NCBI GenBank assembly: GCA_965205975.1
Contig: OZ242195.1
Coordinates: 4,992,001 to 5,056,000, forward strand
Source of the DNA: Candidatus Latescibacterota bacterium
GTDB lineage: Bacteria; Latescibacterota; UBA2968
Reading direction: 5' to 3'
DNA length: 64,000 nucleotides
The notes beneath the pieces were generated by a model. The model searched no databases. It had not been told where the DNA came from and saw only the letters and a program-made list of their open reading frames with translations. Of this stretch, positions 1 through 9,444 are shown piece by piece (the first letter of the stretch is position 1; each line of letters begins with the position of its first letter). Made by a program: the position numbers and the translations under genes.

Positions 1-31
1 AATACTTTAATCAAAACTGTCTCAGGAGCAC

Positions 32-1672
32 ATGATGTCTTCACCCCATGCAATCGTCCATCCCGCTTTCCGACCATCCATCATGGGCAGAAATGGCGTG
101 GTCACATCGGGACACCATCTCGCTTCTCAAGCAGGTATTCAGGTTATGATGGCGGGTGGCAATGCCATTGATGCGGCTATTGCCACGGCCGCTGCGCTCG
201 GCGTGGTTGAACCGCAATCTTCAGGCGCAGGCGGCGATGGTTTTATTTTAATTTACTCGGCTAAGACGGGCACAGTATCTGCCATTAATGCCACTGGTGC
301 AGCCCCAACGGGTGCGACCCGAGAATTTTATCTCCAACGCGGTGGTATCCCGATGAAGGGTATTCTGAGCGTTTCCATTCCCGGTCTTGTTGACGGCTGG
401 CTCGTCGCTCACGAGCACTTTGGCACGCGCTCGCTCGAAGATATTTTTGCGCCGGCAATCGCCTTTTGCGAAGACGGCTTTCCGCTCAGTCACAAATTGG
501 CTAATAGCTTGCGGGGGGAGACAAAACGCTTTGCATCCGATCCATATACGCGGGCGGTTTTCACAAATGATGGTCAGCCTCTCAGTCCCGGAGATATAGT
601 TTATCAGAAGGACCTGGGTAAGACCTTGCGGAAGATCGCCGCAGAGGGCCGCGACGCCTATCGCACGGGTGAAATAGCCCGGGATCTCGTTGCATTTAGC
701 CAGTCGCGAGGTGGTGTGTTTACCGAAGCCGATTTGAAGAACCATCGCGCCCGTATTGGGGATCCCATTGCTGTGACTTACAAAGATTATACGGTGTATG
801 AAACGCCGCCCAATTCGAGCGGGCATATTTTACTTCAAGAACTCAATATTGTCGAAAATTTTGATCTTCAGGCGCTGGGTTGCAATAATGCCGAGAGTAT
901 CCACCTTATGGTCGAAGCCAAGAAACTCGCTTTTGCAGATCGGGAAAAATACGTGGCCGATCCCGATTGGGTCGATGTGCCAATTGAAGGGCTTCTCGCG
1001 AAAGATTATGCAAAAGAACGCGCTGCGTGCATCGACCTTGAACGCGCTGCTATTCATGTTCCGCCCGGTATCCCGGAATCGGTCGAGGATACTACATGTT
1101 TCTGTGTGGCTGATAGCGAGGGCAACGCGGTTTGTCAATTGCAGAGTATTCAATCTGGCTGGGGATCGAGTCTTATTGCGGGTGATACGGGTATTCTTCT
1201 CAATAACCGTATGACTTACTGGCATCTCGAAAAAGATCATCCCAATTGTCTGATGCCTGGAAAGAGAGTTCGGCATACCATGAACCCCGTTATTGTCGCG
1301 AAAGACGGCAAACCCGTTCTGATATGCGGCACCCCGGGCGCAGATACACAGGTGCAGACGAATTTGCAATTGGTGACACATATTCTGGAATTTGGTATGA
1401 CGCCTCAAGAGGCGGTTGAAGCTCCGCGCTGGCGTTCTCTGCAAAATCCCATGGAATCTACGGTTCCCCATACCTGCGAAGATGTGCTTCAACTCGAAAG
1501 CCGTTTTCCTACAATCGAGTGCGAAGCTCTGGCTCGGAAAGGTCACGACCTTCGCTACCTCTCAAATTGGGGTGGACCGGGAAATGCACAGGCCATTCTG
1601 ATCAATCCCGAGACCGGTGCCCTGATGGGCGGTTCAGATCCCAGGCGAGACGGATACGCCATTGCTTTTTAA
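32..1672 (+). CDS. ggt: gamma-glutamyltransferase family protein (Ntn hydrolase)
   Basis: GGNAIDAAIATAAALGVVEPQSSG N-terminal motif, DTT autoprocessing Thr, C-terminal GGSDPRRDG; AGGAG upstream. Confidence 0.88.
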   Translation: MMSSPHAIVHPAFRPSIMGRNGVVTSGHHLASQAGIQVMMAGGNAIDAAIATAAALGVVEPQSSGAGGDGFILIYSAKTGTVSAINATGAAPTGATREFYLQRGGIPMKGILSVSIPGLVDGWLVAHEHFGTRSLEDIFAPAIAFCEDGFPLSHKLANSLRGETKRFASDPYTRAVFTNDGQPLSPGDIVYQKDLGKTLRKIAAEGRDAYRTGEIARDLVAFSQSRGGVFTEADLKNHRARIGDPIAVTYKDYTVYETPPNSSGHILLQELNIVENFDLQALGCNNAESIHLMVEAKKLAFADREKYVADPDWVDVPIEGLLAKDYAKERAACIDLERAAIHVPPGIPESVEDTTCFCVADSEGNAVCQLQSIQSGWGSSLIAGDTGILLNNRMTYWHLEKDHPNCLMPGKRVRHTMNPVIVAKDGKPVLICGTPGADTQVQTNLQLVTHILEFGMTPQEAVEAPRWRSLQNPMESTVPHTCEDVLQLESRFPTIECEALARKGHDLRYLSNWGGPGNAQAILINPETGALMGGSDPRRDGYAIAF

Positions 1673-1684
1673 GAAGGAAAAACT

Positions 1685-2884
1685 ATGAAAATCAAAGATA
1701 TTCGCGCAGTTGCCGTCAATATTTCTCCTGCTCAAAAAACAGAACCTCGCGTCCCGAAGTTACCTACAGATGGTTTTATCAGCCCTATGGCGCGATATCC
1801 CGAATTTAAAAGATCGGGATGGAATCCAAATTGGACTCGCACGGCCTGTGTCGTGACAGGGCAAGACGGCACATGGGGGGTGGGTTTTACCAATCACAGT
1901 GGGCCAGTGCTCAGTATTATCAACGATCACTTTGCCCCTTTGCTCGAAGGGCAAAATTGCATGGCGATTGAAAAGTTGTGGGACATGATGCGCCGCGCTT
2001 CTTCGCCTTATCATACGGCGGGTTTGTCCAGCTATGCCATCAGTGCTGTGGATAATGCCCTGTGGGACTTAAAGGGAAAAATTTTGCAGCGTCCTGTTTA
2101 CGAGCTTTTGGGCGGCCCGCAAAAAGACAAAATTTTCTGTTATGCCAGCAATACAGATATATCTTATGGTACGGAGAATAGCATTGAATGGTTTCTCGAA
2201 CTGGGTTTCAAGGCGGTCAAGCTCTTTGCGCGATATGGGCCGGAGTCCGGTATTGAGGGCATAAATAAGACTGAAGAACTGGTTGCCAAAACGCGCGAGC
2301 AGATCGGCGATGATGTCGAACTCATGCTCGATGCTTGGATGTCGCTCAATGTGGAGTACACGGTTCGTCTCGTCGAAGCATTAAAACCATATCGCCTCAA
2401 GTGGCTTGAAGATTACGTGTTGCCCGAAGATATGGAAAGCTATACAAAGGTGCGTCAACGCGTCCCCGGGCAAATTCTCGCAACGGGCGAACACTGGTAC
2501 ACCATCCATCCCTTTGCCACAGCCGCGAGCCAAGGGCTCGTCGATATTTTGCAGCCCGATATTCAGTGGGCAGGTGGTGTGACAGCCTTGATGCGAATAT
2601 GCCATATTGCCGAGGCGCATGGGCTAACGGTTATCAGCCACGCGGGTATGAATTATCCCTACGGTCAGCACCTTTCTTATGCTATGCCAGCGATACAGTG
2701 GGGCGAACGATCCGAAGGGGTATCGCCTCCGGGCGTTCCGCTCGAAGAACGCGTTGCGCTGCCGGGAACTCCTGTGATTAAAGACGGTTATCTCATTCCG
2801 GGCAATGCTCCTGGCTTTGGTCTTGAAATTACTAAGGACTGGTTGGAGCAAAAGGCCAGGGCGAATAGACGAATAGACGAATAG
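1685..2884 (+). CDS. mandelate racemase/muconate lactonizing enolase superfamily protein (L-rhamnonate dehydratase-like)
   Basis: AISAVDNALWDLKGK, KAVKL, LMLDAW, WLED, TGEH, ILQPD motifs. Confidence 0.85.
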   Translation: MKIKDIRAVAVNISPAQKTEPRVPKLPTDGFISPMARYPEFKRSGWNPNWTRTACVVTGQDGTWGVGFTNHSGPVLSIINDHFAPLLEGQNCMAIEKLWDMMRRASSPYHTAGLSSYAISAVDNALWDLKGKILQRPVYELLGGPQKDKIFCYASNTDISYGTENSIEWFLELGFKAVKLFARYGPESGIEGINKTEELVAKTREQIGDDVELMLDAWMSLNVEYTVRLVEALKPYRLKWLEDYVLPEDMESYTKVRQRVPGQILATGEHWYTIHPFATAASQGLVDILQPDIQWAGGVTALMRICHIAEAHGLTVISHAGMNYPYGQHLSYAMPAIQWGERSEGVSPPGVPLEERVALPGTPVIKDGYLIPGNAPGFGLEITKDWLEQKARANRRIDE

Positions 2885-2957
2885 ACGAACCCCGCCCTAC
2901 CACCCAAAGTCTGTGCGAACTCCATTCGCTGATTCGCTGATTCGTAGATTCGTAGAT
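2861..2957 (+). repeat. dispersed ~95-bp intergenic element, copy 1: (cgaataga)n-core-(gattcgct/gattcgta)n
   Basis: 8-bp tandem arms around core gaaccccgccctaccacccaaagtc; homologous to the reverse complements of 9334-9427 and 17465-17558. Confidence 0.85.
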
Positions 2958-3014
2958 GAACTGGCCTGAGAAGCGGCCAGTTGTACCCCGTTCCGCTGAT
3001 TCGTAGGAGACGAT

Positions 3015-3560
3015 ATGGCGCAAGAGTGGAAACACTTGCTCAAGTTTCGCTGCACTCGCTGTGGAAATTGCTGTCGAGACCCCATTGTTCTGGTTACTGA
3101 CGAAGATGTGCGCCGCATTGTTGAGGGCACAAATCAAGCGGCTTGTGATGTTGTCGATTTTTATAAGCCGAGTGAGATTGAATGGGGCGAAGACCAGCCG
3201 GGCTGGATACGTTTGAAGTCTGGCCAGCGCATTATGGGATTGCGTAGAACTGAGAGCGGATGCCAATATTTGGGCGAAGACGATTTGTGTACTATCTACG
3301 ATTATCGCCCGGTGACTTGTCGAAGGTATCCATTTGATCTCGAGTTTGACGAAGAGGGCGATATCGAGTTGCTCAGCATTAGCCAATCTACCGATTGCCC
3401 GTATGAACTTGATGGGTACACGCCATTGGGTGAAATTAAGGCTATTGCAAAGTGGGAGACGTGGGAAGAAGAACCCTATTATGCCAGACTTAAAGCGTGG
3501 AACGCGCGCAAAGAGATGGGCGGGAGAAAGACATTTCTCAAATTTATTGGGTTGGGGTGA
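3015..3560 (+). CDS. YkgJ-family cysteine-cluster (Zn or Fe-S binding) protein
   Basis: FRCTRCGNCC, GCQYL, CTIYDYRPVTCRRYPF motifs; AGGAG RBS. Confidence 0.85.
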   Translation: MAQEWKHLLKFRCTRCGNCCRDPIVLVTDEDVRRIVEGTNQAACDVVDFYKPSEIEWGEDQPGWIRLKSGQRIMGLRRTESGCQYLGEDDLCTIYDYRPVTCRRYPFDLEFDEEGDIELLSISQSTDCPYELDGYTPLGEIKAIAKWETWEEEPYYARLKAWNARKEMGGRKTFLKFIGLG

Positions 3561-3633
3561 AATGGTCTGGATCAGGATGAACAGGATGATGGTTTGGTAG
3601 GATTAGCAGGATGGGTAAGGGAGAAGATAGTCT

Positions 3634-4494
3634 ATGAATCACAACATTTTTGATCGTGCTGAAGAATTTATCTATAACAATGCGCGGTTGCTCGAGCGGC
3701 AGTTGTTTGCCTATCATTTCAAAGGGGGTTCGCGGGAGCAGGTGCTCCCAGCACTTCGCGCCTATCAGAATGAAGATGGCGGATTTGGGCATGCCCTTGA
3801 ACCGGATATTCGCTGTCCAGAAAGCCAACCCGTGCCGGTGCAGCACGCGCTTGAATTTCTCGATGCGGTGGGTTTTGATGCCGAGATGGTGCAGCGCGCC
3901 TGCGATTATTTGATGGAGATTACTACGCCCGAAGGCGGCGTTCCGTGGTTGTTGCCTTCTGCACATCGCTATCCGCGAGCATCGTGGTGGAATACAGTTG
4001 AAGATCCACCGGCGTCTTTGAATCCAACGGCCGCTATTGCTGGTTTGTTACACAAGAATCGCGTTCAACATGTGTGGGCAGATCGCGCGACCGCGTACTG
4101 CTGGTCAAAGATAGCCGATTTGCAACCTGCGGAAATGCATGAAATGGGTGTGGTGCTGACTTTTCTCTATTATGTGCCGGACCGGGCGCGCGCAGAGCGC
4201 GAACTCGACCGTCTGGTCGGTGGGATGTTTTCTGCGGGTCTCGTTGCCGATGCAAATGCTACAGGCTATGTCCGCAAGCCGCTCGACTGGGCGAGTACGC
4301 CCGATCATCCGCTTCGCAAGTACTTTCGGGAAGAGGATGTTGCGGCAAACCTCGATGCAATTGTTGCGGGACAACAAGCGGATGGAGGGTGGAATATTAC
4401 CTGGCAAGCCGTGAGTCCGGGTTGCGAACTCGAATGGCGTGGCTGGATGACTTTGGGAACATTGCTCACGTTGCGGGCGAATGGGCGACTGTAA
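3634..4494 (+). CDS. conserved protein with prenyltransferase/squalene-cyclase-like (QxxDGG) repeats
   Basis: NARLLERQLF, YQNEDGGFGHALEPD, QQADGGW. Confidence 0.7.
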   Translation: MNHNIFDRAEEFIYNNARLLERQLFAYHFKGGSREQVLPALRAYQNEDGGFGHALEPDIRCPESQPVPVQHALEFLDAVGFDAEMVQRACDYLMEITTPEGGVPWLLPSAHRYPRASWWNTVEDPPASLNPTAAIAGLLHKNRVQHVWADRATAYCWSKIADLQPAEMHEMGVVLTFLYYVPDRARAERELDRLVGGMFSAGLVADANATGYVRKPLDWASTPDHPLRKYFREEDVAANLDAIVAGQQADGGWNITWQAVSPGCELEWRGWMTLGTLLTLRANGRL

Positions 4495-4511
4495 TTGTAC
4501 AGAGAGTTATC

Positions 4512-5261
4512 ATGTTGATAGCTAAGATAGAAGGGCATTACCACTTTCTCAAGGGTATTGATCCCTATTCCTGCGGTGTTATTGCCGATCCCGGCTGGGA
4601 GATTGTTCATGTGACACTGGAACAGGCGCTACCCTGGCGGCAGGGATTTGATCGGGTTGAGGCGCATTTGAGGGAGGTCGGGCGAGATAGACAGGCGTTG
4701 TGCGGCATGGAGTTGCGTTCGCCTGCGCCTTTTACTATGGCGGGGTTTATCGCTTTTAATCGGGATTATTGTCGGGTGCTCAAGGCCTGGGATCTGTATG
4801 TGGGGGATTTGAATCCAGTAGCGCGTACCAATGTGGCACCGCTGTTCGATCCGCCGGGGGAACCGGTGCTGCACGCATTTTCCTATACGGTGCCGGCATT
4901 GGCTGATACTCCCCGGACTCTTGTGATCGCCGGGGCGGGAGAATTGCGCGAGGGGGTACTTGTGGAGCAGGGTATTGTCCGCAGTGGGGATACCAGCGAA
5001 GAAGCTATGAGGGAGAAGGTTGGTTATGTGGTGGATGTAATGGTCGAGCGTTTGTTTGGTCTGGGTGGGGCCTGGGAGATGATCAATGCGGTGGATGTGT
5101 ACACGGTGCATTCTCTGGACGGGCTGGTAGAGGATATTTTGTTCAATCGCATTGGGCCAGTCCGGCGGCACGGATTCCGCTGGCACTTTACCCGTCCACC
5201 AGTGGTCGATATTGAATTTGAGATGGATATGCGGGGGGTGCGGCGGGACTTTGTGATATAA
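4512..5261 (+). CDS. CnbZ-like (2-amino-5-chloromuconate deaminase-like) protein
   Basis: GIDPYSCGVIADPG, ELRSPAPFT, NPVARTNVAP, RPPVVDIEFEMDMRG; ATG 4512 preferred over the ORF-track start that overlaps the upstream gene. Confidence 0.65.
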   Translation: MLIAKIEGHYHFLKGIDPYSCGVIADPGWEIVHVTLEQALPWRQGFDRVEAHLREVGRDRQALCGMELRSPAPFTMAGFIAFNRDYCRVLKAWDLYVGDLNPVARTNVAPLFDPPGEPVLHAFSYTVPALADTPRTLVIAGAGELREGVLVEQGIVRSGDTSEEAMREKVGYVVDVMVERLFGLGGAWEMINAVDVYTVHSLDGLVEDILFNRIGPVRRHGFRWHFTRPPVVDIEFEMDMRGVRRDFVI

Positions 5262-5309
5262 GCCCAGGGCAGGGATGGGGATGTGCTGGCTGCGAAATGA
5301 TATTTTTTC

Positions 5310-5339
5310 TTGACATATTCCACTGAGATTGCGTAAGTT
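5310..5339 (+). promoter_or_regulatory. putative sigma70 promoter of the ilvN-leu operon
   Basis: TTGACA (5310-5315), 18 bp, TAAGTT (5334-5339). Confidence 0.5.
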
Positions 5340-5385
5340 ATTCAATCTAAAATACATTATTACTTCTTTTCCCAAGTCTTCTATT

Positions 5386-5538
5386 ATGCGCTCAATTTCC
5401 ACATTGGCGATTTCCACAATGCGAGGCGGTGTACAACTGTTCATCCGTTCTTCGCGCCTTTCTATTGCAGGGCGAGTTCTGATCGTTCTGCACCTTCTCC
5501 TGCTCGTGAGCCTTTTTCTATCTATTATCATTCATTAG
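5386..5538 (+). CDS. putative branched-chain amino-acid leader peptide (attenuation)
   Basis: ends VLIVLHLLLLVSLFLSIIIH* (15 of last 20 codons I/L/V), directly upstream of ilvN-leuA-leuCD; alternative ATG at 5419. Confidence 0.6.
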   Translation: MRSISTLAISTMRGGVQLFIRSSRLSIAGRVLIVLHLLLLVSLFLSIIIH

Positions 5539-5541
5539 TTT

Positions 5542-5615
5542 CAGGCTCTTTCCCCAACTCTTGCGACAGCACCTATAAAAGGACAGAGCCTGTGATTTAC
5601 TCATAGGTCGTTGTC
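5542..5615 (+). promoter_or_regulatory. alternative RNA hairpins (attenuator-like)
   Basis: caggctctttcc (5542-5553)/ggacagagcctg (5581-5592) competes with gacagcacctat (5565-5576)/ataggtcgttgtc (5603-5615). Confidence 0.5.
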
Positions 5616-5640
5616 ACTTCATGTATTCGGGAAATGTTTA

Positions 5641-6132
5641 ATGACTCAAAAACACACGATAAGTGCCCTGGTCGAAAATCATTTTGGCGTTCTGTGCCGC
5701 GTTGCGGGCCTTTTTTCCAGCCGCGGATTCAATATCGATAGTCTGTCCGTTGGCGAGACAGAAGACCCGAGTATTTCGCGCATGACTATTGTCGTCGGTG
5801 GTGACGATAGCGTGCTCGAGCAAGTGGTCAAGCAATTGGATCGCCTTATTGATGTCATTCGCGTGATCGATATTACACAGGGCGCATTTGTCGAACGCGA
5901 ACTCATGTTGATTAAGGTCAAAGCCGATACAACAACGCGTGCAGAAATTATCCAAATTGCCGAAGTGTTTCGCTCAAATATCGTCGATGTATGTCCCAGA
6001 TCGATGACCATAGAGGTTACGGGCAAAAATGATAAGATTCAGGCTATCATTGGCATGCTCAGTTCTTTTGGCATCGAAGAAATCGCGCGCACAGGCACGG
6101 TTGCCCTGTTGCGAGATTCTGCTGCGCAATAA
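5641..6132 (+). CDS. ilvN: acetolactate synthase small (regulatory) subunit
   Basis: [37 protein letters not shown] domain; [15 protein letters not shown]. Confidence 0.95.
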   Translation: MTQKHTISALVENHFGVLCRVAGLFSSRGFNIDSLSVGETEDPSISRMTIVVGGDDSVLEQVVKQLDRLIDVIRVIDITQGAFVERELMLIKVKADTTTRAEIIQIAEVFRSNIVDVCPRSMTIEVTGKNDKIQAIIGMLSSFGIEEIARTGTVALLRDSAAQ

Positions 6133-6145
6133 GGAGGTGATGCAG

Positions 6146-6265
6146 ATGGATCCCGATCTCGGTGATCTTACCGAAGAACTCGCTCTCGTTTGGCAGATGG
6201 GGATAGACCGCCAGAGCGTTCCATCTGCCCATTTCCACTTTGATTCTGGCATGTTTAAGGGATAA
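6146..6265 (+). CDS. small hypothetical ORF (39 aa) with perfect RBS
   Basis: AAGGAGGTG at 6131-6139, ATG 6146 (or 6140); stop codon ends 2 nt before the leuA ATG. Confidence 0.35.
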   Translation: MDPDLGDLTEELALVWQMGIDRQSVPSAHFHFDSGMFKG

Positions 6266-6267
6266 CA

Positions 6268-7824
6268 ATGTCAAACGCAAAAAATAAAGACCGCGTCATT
6301 ATTTTTGATACTACTTTGAGAGACGCGGAACAGACGCCGGGGGCTTCGCTCGCGTTGCGCGAAAAAGTTGAAATTGCCCATCAACTCGCACGGCTCAATG
6401 TCGATGTTATCGAGGCCGGATTTCCCATATCGTCCGATCAGGACTACAATGCCGTGCGGCGTATCGCACACGAGGTCGAAGGTCCTGTTATTTGCGGTCT
6501 GTCTCGCGCAATCTTCCAGGATATTGACCGCGCAGGTGAAGCTCTGAAAGACGCGCCAAATCCGCGCATACACACGTTTATTGGGACATCGCCGCTCCAT
6601 ATTTCTATGGTGGGCAAAACGCCCGATCAAGTTCTGCAAATGGCTGTTGATGCGGTTGCACGAGCCAGATCGCATTGCGAGGATGTGGAATTTTCACCAA
6701 TGGATGCTGCGCGTACAGAGCCGCAATATCTGCTCGATGTGATCGAAGCTACTATTGAGGCGGGTGCGACAACGATCAATATTCCCGATACTGTGGGCTA
6801 TGCCGTTCCCGGTCAGTTTGGCCGTATTATTCGCAATATTTGCGAGAAAGTGCCCAATGTCGATCGGGCTATTATCAGTGTCCACTGCCACGACGATTTG
6901 GGCATGGCGACGATCAATGCTCTCGAAGCACTCAGAAATGGCGCACGTCAGGTCGAATGCACCATCAATGGATTGGGTGAACGCGCGGGCAATACTTCGC
7001 TTGAAGAAGTGGTCATGGCCGTCAAAACGCGCGGGGATTATTTCGATCTCTATACGGACATCAAAACGCGCGAAATTGTAAACACAAGCCGTCTGGTCAG
7101 CCGCCTTATGGGTATTGTCGTTCCGCCCAACAAGCCCATTGTAGGAGCCAACGCATTTGCACATAGTTCTGGTATCCATCAGGACGGGGTGCTCAAAGAC
7201 CGCGAAAATTTCGAAATTATCGATCCCAGGTCTGTGGGTTGGGAAGAATCGAGTATTGTGCTCACGGCGCGTTCTGGACGCCACGCATTGCGCCATCGCC
7301 TGGAAGAACTCGGTTATAATCTCAATCAGGATGAATTAAATATTGCTTATGAGCGCTTTGTCAAAGTTGCCGACAAGAAGAAGGAAGTTTATGACGAAGA
7401 TCTCATGGCTATTGTGGAAGATGAAATTCGAGATTTTCCCATGCGGTTCGTGTTGGACTATTTGCATACTGTGAGCGGTACTGGCACGGTTCCCTCTGCG
7501 ACGGTTCGCATTGGTATTGACGGTAAAAACCACGTTCAGGAGTCAGCCTGGGGTGATGGGCCGGTAGATGCGACGTATCGGGCGATTAAGAAAGCCACGG
7601 ACAATACGAATACAAAAGTGGAAGACTATACTATCCGCGGTGTTACCGGGGGTGCCGAAGCGATGGGGGAAGTCACGGTCAATGTGTCGTGCAATGGTCG
7701 CATAGTCAGGGGACGCGGTGTTTCAACCGATATTATTGAAGCCAGTGCCAAGGCTTTTCTCGATGCTCTCAATCGCCTGGCCATTCAGCAAGACAATCAC
7801 AAGGAGCGAGAACCAACCGTTTAA
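6268..7824 (+). CDS. leuA: 2-isopropylmalate synthase
   Basis: IFDTTLRD, IEAGFP, SVHCHDDLG, GLGERAGN, AHSSGIHQDG, C-terminal regulatory GDGPVDA. Confidence 0.96.
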   Translation: MSNAKNKDRVIIFDTTLRDAEQTPGASLALREKVEIAHQLARLNVDVIEAGFPISSDQDYNAVRRIAHEVEGPVICGLSRAIFQDIDRAGEALKDAPNPRIHTFIGTSPLHISMVGKTPDQVLQMAVDAVARARSHCEDVEFSPMDAARTEPQYLLDVIEATIEAGATTINIPDTVGYAVPGQFGRIIRNICEKVPNVDRAIISVHCHDDLGMATINALEALRNGARQVECTINGLGERAGNTSLEEVVMAVKTRGDYFDLYTDIKTREIVNTSRLVSRLMGIVVPPNKPIVGANAFAHSSGIHQDGVLKDRENFEIIDPRSVGWEESSIVLTARSGRHALRHRLEELGYNLNQDELNIAYERFVKVADKKKEVYDEDLMAIVEDEIRDFPMRFVLDYLHTVSGTGTVPSATVRIGIDGKNHVQESAWGDGPVDATYRAIKKATDNTNTKVEDYTIRGVTGGAEAMGEVTVNVSCNGRIVRGRGVSTDIIEASAKAFLDALNRLAIQQDNHKEREPTV

Positions 7825-7826
7825 TC

Positions 7827-7874
7827 CGCAGATGGGCGCAGATGGGCGCAGATGGGCGCAGATGGGCGCAGATG
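7827..7874 (+). repeat. tandem 10-bp repeat (cgcagatggg), ~4.8 copies
   Basis: read directly; related in reverse complement to 55472-55530. Confidence 0.9.
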
Positions 7875-7878
7875 AAAT

Positions 7879-7904
7879 GTAGGGGCAGTGCCTTGTGCCT
7901 GCCC
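7879..7904 (+). repeat. GTAG-type REP-like palindrome
   Basis: GTAG-GGGCAG-tgccttgtgc-CTGCCC: tetranucleotide foot plus short GC stem. Confidence 0.55.
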
Positions 7905-7931
7905 ATAGGGTTTTAAGAATAGAGGTTATAG

Positions 7932-9329
7932 ATGGGTCAAAGTTTGTTTCACAAAGTTTGGGACGCGCATGCGGTGCGAACGCTGCCATCGGGGCAGACA
8001 CAGTTGTTTATCGGCCTGCATCTCGTTCACGAGGTTACCAGTCCGCAGGCTTTTGATATGCTCAGAGAGCTAGGCCTCACCATTGCGTATCCAGATCGCA
8101 CATTTGCCACGGTTGATCACATTGTACCCACAAGCGATGTTGCCCGCCCATTTGCCGATGAGATGGCCGAGGACATGATGGTCGCCATCGAAGAAAATGC
8201 CCAACAGTTTGGCCTTTCTTTTTTTGGTTTGGACGACGAGCGTCAGGGTATTGTCCATGTTATTGGTCCTGAACTGGGTCTGACACAGCCGGGGATGACC
8301 ATTGCCTGTGGTGACAGCCACACTTCAACGCACGGAGCTTATGGCGCCATTGCATTTGGCATTGGCACATCGCAGGTGCGCGATGTGCTCGCCACACAGT
8401 GTCTGGCGATGGATCCTCTCAAAGTGCGCCGTATTGAAGTATCCGGCACGCTGGGCAATGGGGTTTACGCCAAAGATGTTATTCTCAATATCATCCGCAA
8501 TCTCGGTGTAAAAGGCGGCACGGGCTATGCTTATGAATATGCTGGATCTGCTATTGAAGCTATGGATATGGAAGCGCGCATGTCGGTGTGCAATATGTCG
8601 ATTGAAGGCGGCGCGCGCGCGGGGTACGTGAATCCCGATCAGACGACTTATGACTATCTGTGGGGACGCACTTATGCACCTTCGGGAGAAGCCTTTGATC
8701 GCGCGGTTTCCTGGTGGTGTTCTATGGCTTCCGATGCCGATGCCGATTACGACGATGTTTATCATCTCGATGGCTCTGCCCTCGAGCCTACCGTGACCTG
8801 GGGTATTACGCCAGGGCAGGCACTTTTCGTATCAGAAAAAGTGCCGGCTTTGACGGATTTGCCCGATGATGAGCGCGATGTTGCAGCCGAAGCGTATGAT
8901 TATATGGACTTAAAACCTGGTACGGCTATATCTGGTATGCCTATTGATGTGGCTTTTGTGGGGTCGTGTACCAACAGCCGTATCTCTGACCTCAGAGAAG
9001 CTGCCAGAGTCGCCGAGGGACACAAGGTGGCCAGTGGCGTCAAAGCGCTGGTTGTGCCGGGGTCCAAATCCGTTCTCAAGACAGCCGAATCTGAGGGATT
9101 ACACCACATTTTTGAAGATGCGGGCTTTGAATGGCGTGGGGCCGGGTGTTCGATGTGTTTGGCTATGAATCCCGATAAATTGCAGGGACGCGAAGTGTGC
9201 GCGTCTTCGAGTAATCGCAATTTCAAAGGGCGTCAGGGAAGCCCCACGGGACGCACCCTCTTGATGAGTCCCGCAATGGTTGCAGCCGCGGCTATCGCCG
9301 GTGAGGTTATTGACGTACGCGCGATGTAA
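7932..9329 (+). CDS. leuC: 3-isopropylmalate dehydratase large subunit
   Basis: [46 protein letters not shown]. Confidence 0.97.
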   Translation: MGQSLFHKVWDAHAVRTLPSGQTQLFIGLHLVHEVTSPQAFDMLRELGLTIAYPDRTFATVDHIVPTSDVARPFADEMAEDMMVAIEENAQQFGLSFFGLDDERQGIVHVIGPELGLTQPGMTIACGDSHTSTHGAYGAIAFGIGTSQVRDVLATQCLAMDPLKVRRIEVSGTLGNGVYAKDVILNIIRNLGVKGGTGYAYEYAGSAIEAMDMEARMSVCNMSIEGGARAGYVNPDQTTYDYLWGRTYAPSGEAFDRAVSWWCSMASDADADYDDVYHLDGSALEPTVTWGITPGQALFVSEKVPALTDLPDDERDVAAEAYDYMDLKPGTAISGMPIDVAFVGSCTNSRISDLREAARVAEGHKVASGVKALVVPGSKSVLKTAESEGLHHIFEDAGFEWRGAGCSMCLAMNPDKLQGREVCASSSNRNFKGRQGSPTGRTLLMSPAMVAAAAIAGEVIDVRAM

Positions 9330-9333
9330 AAGC

Positions 9334-9427
9334 GCGAATAGACGAATAGACGAATAGACGAATAGACGAATGGCAATACACACTGATTTTGGGAGGATGG
9401 GTGGGGTTCGTTGATTCGTTGATTCGT
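9334..9427 (-). repeat. dispersed ~95-bp intergenic element, copy 2
   Basis: (cgaataga)x4 ... gattttgggaggatgggtggggttc ... (gttgattc)x2. Confidence 0.8.
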
Positions 9428-9444
9428 GTATTGAAAGGTTATTT

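Noticed and set aside
2861..2957. Short periodic repeats as a possible CRISPR array (also 9334, 17465, 7827, 55472)
   Set aside because: Units are 8-10 bp in direct tandem without unique spacers, and no cas genes are present
3572..3613. caggatgaacaggat / taggattagcaggat short repeats; also 7-mer ctgacta-like repeats near 62136-62159
   Set aside because: Too short and single-instance in this window to define an element
4629..5531. 300-aa antisense ORF (and similar long shadows, e.g. 11749-12687, 49116-50099)
   Set aside because: Antisense to well-supported genes, with no motifs; typical shadow ORFs
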